A stretch of 63,939 nucleotides of DNA from a virus. Its lineage: Duplodnaviria; Caudoviricetes. The notes beneath the pieces were generated by a model, which saw only the letters and a program-made list of their open reading frames with translations, searched no databases and was not told the origin of the DNA. Shown here in pieces: positions 62,923 through 63,939 of this stretch. Each line of letters begins with the position of its first letter. Position 1 is the first letter of the stretch. The stretch covers positions 1-63,939 of IMG/VR virus record IMGVR_UViG_3300024310_000002, one strand, 5' to 3'. Made by a program: the position numbers and the translations under genes.

Positions 62923-63636
62923 ATGGCCATTGTTACTTCCACCCGTACCGGTGCTCCACGCGTCAAGCCATTCGCGTGGAGCTTCTCCCGCCTCAAGAAC
63001 TTCGAGGTATGCCCCAAGCGACATTGGGAGATCGACCTCGCGAAGAACTATAAGGAGCCGGGAGGACAGCAGCTGGACTGGGGCAACCATGTCCATGATA
63101 TGTTAGCTGTGCGTTGTGGCTCTGACCGCACGCCTCTCCCGCCTGATCTGCAGATGTACGAGCCGTGGGCCGTGAAGGTGCTAGGTACTACGCCGGCAGA
63201 GAACATCTTCGTCGAGCAGAGCTTGGCGATCACCAAGAACTTTACCCCGACGGGTAACTTCGACAGCGATGCTTGGCTGCGCGTGAAGTGCGACTTCTAT
63301 AAGGTGGTCGGTGATGTCGCGCTGGCTGTTGACTGGAAGACGGGGAAGATTATCGAGGACAGCGTGCAGCTGGCGCTCACTGCTGCTTGTATCTTTGCCA
63401 AGCATCCCGAGGTGAAGGCCGTGCGAAGCACGTACGTCTGGCTCAAGGAGGATGCCGAGAGCAGCGAGACGTTCTTCCGCGAGGACATGCCCACAGTCTG
63501 GAGAAATATATGGCATCGGATCGAAGCGATGGAGACGGCGTTCCTGCACACGAACTATCCGCCAACGCCAAGCGGGATTTGCGCGAAGTACTGCGCGGTG
63601 AAGAGTTGCCCGCACAATGGCAAAAGTACCCGCTAA
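62923..63636 (+). CDS. Cas4/RecB-like PD-(D/E)XK exonuclease
   Basis: WSFSRL...CP, GNHVH, E..L, D, VDWKTGK, QL, C...C....CPH. Confidence 0.88.
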   Translation: MAIVTSTRTGAPRVKPFAWSFSRLKNFEVCPKRHWEIDLAKNYKEPGGQQLDWGNHVHDMLAVRCGSDRTPLPPDLQMYEPWAVKVLGTTPAENIFVEQSLAITKNFTPTGNFDSDAWLRVKCDFYKVVGDVALAVDWKTGKIIEDSVQLALTAACIFAKHPEVKAVRSTYVWLKEDAESSETFFREDMPTVWRNIWHRIEAMETAFLHTNYPPTPSGICAKYCAVKSCPHNGKSTR

Positions 63637-63653
63637 CGACACAGCGAGAGCTC

Positions 63654-63926
63654 ATGCGCGGCCGCGACAGCCTCAAGGACGAAGCCCTATGGCGATGGGC
63701 TGACGAAGGCGAGAAGTGGCTGCGTGAAAAATTTCCGGGCGATATTGTGTTCCACACTGCAGCGAACGTCGAGGAGCGTACGATTACACTCAAAGTGAGC
63801 AAGCGGGTGCAGGCGCAAGCGCCCCTTCGCAGCTACCACTACGAAACTGTATTCGAAGTGACGGAGCCCGCGGAAAGCTTCGTGTCGCACGCCACAGTCA
63901 CGAAGATAATTCTGATCGCAGGGTGA
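63654..63926 (+). CDS. Small protein, C-terminal F.S..TKIxLIxG family
   Basis: Ends ESFVSHATVTKIILIAG. Confidence 0.68.
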   Translation: MRGRDSLKDEALWRWADEGEKWLREKFPGDIVFHTAANVEERTITLKVSKRVQAQAPLRSYHYETVFEVTEPAESFVSHATVTKIILIAG

Positions 63927-63939
63927 AGCATGGCTATTG
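63823..63939 (+). repeat. Terminal direct repeat, right copy
   Basis: Identical to 1-117. Confidence 0.97.

Larger units (their letters stand above)
973..63258. repeat. Dispersed 18-bp palindrome GTTACC-N6-GGTAAC (~30 copies)
   Basis: Perfect at 13324, 26017, 33300, 44435, 47201; 25 more with 1-2 mismatches (listed in findings). Confidence 0.9.
1..63939. mobile_element. Complete tailed bacteriophage genome (podovirus-like Caudoviricetes), circular assembly
   Basis: Terminase, portal, major capsid, tail, lysis and DNA replication genes all present; no host housekeeping genes; ends overlap exactly. Confidence 0.97.

Noticed and set aside
63823-63939. 117-bp terminal repeat as a biological DTR
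   Set aside because: It falls mid-gene in a continuous operon, so it is most simply an assembler circular overlap; true termini are unknown
1-63939. Alternative genetic code or stop-codon recoding
   Set aside because: Core genes are intact in the standard code, all three stops are used, and no suppressor tRNA was seen

Overview
The window is an apparently complete, circularly assembled tailed-phage genome of about 63.8 kb. Bases 1-117 are repeated exactly at 63823-63939. It is GC-rich and podovirus-like: portal, scaffold, capsid, adaptor/nozzle and ejection proteins are present, but no tape measure or sheath was recognised. The host is probably an alphaproteobacterium (inference). A rightward arm (about 44.8 kb, through the junction, to 9.8 kb) carries many small early genes, a MoxR-like AAA+/VWA-peptidase pair, PolA, a Cas4-like nuclease, VRR-NUC, an SNF2 helicase, an SSB-like protein and a primase-helicase. 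A leftward arm (44 to 9.3 kb) carries structural and lysis genes and a 2466-aa polyvalent protein, with the terminase pair inverted. No integrase was recognised. Three unexplained layers stand out. (1) Besides one canonical tRNA-Met there are at least 8 tRNA-framed ncRNAs that keep acceptor, D and T stems but carry large unrelated insertions. (2) An 18-bp palindrome, GTTACC-N6-GGTAAC, occurs about 30 times, over ribosome-binding sites and inside genes. (3) Three families of small proteins share short constant motifs (C-terminal TKLxLLxG, N-terminal TKALLLG, C-terminal LEIEC) on otherwise variable bodies. All calls were made by eye; no database search or folding software was run.
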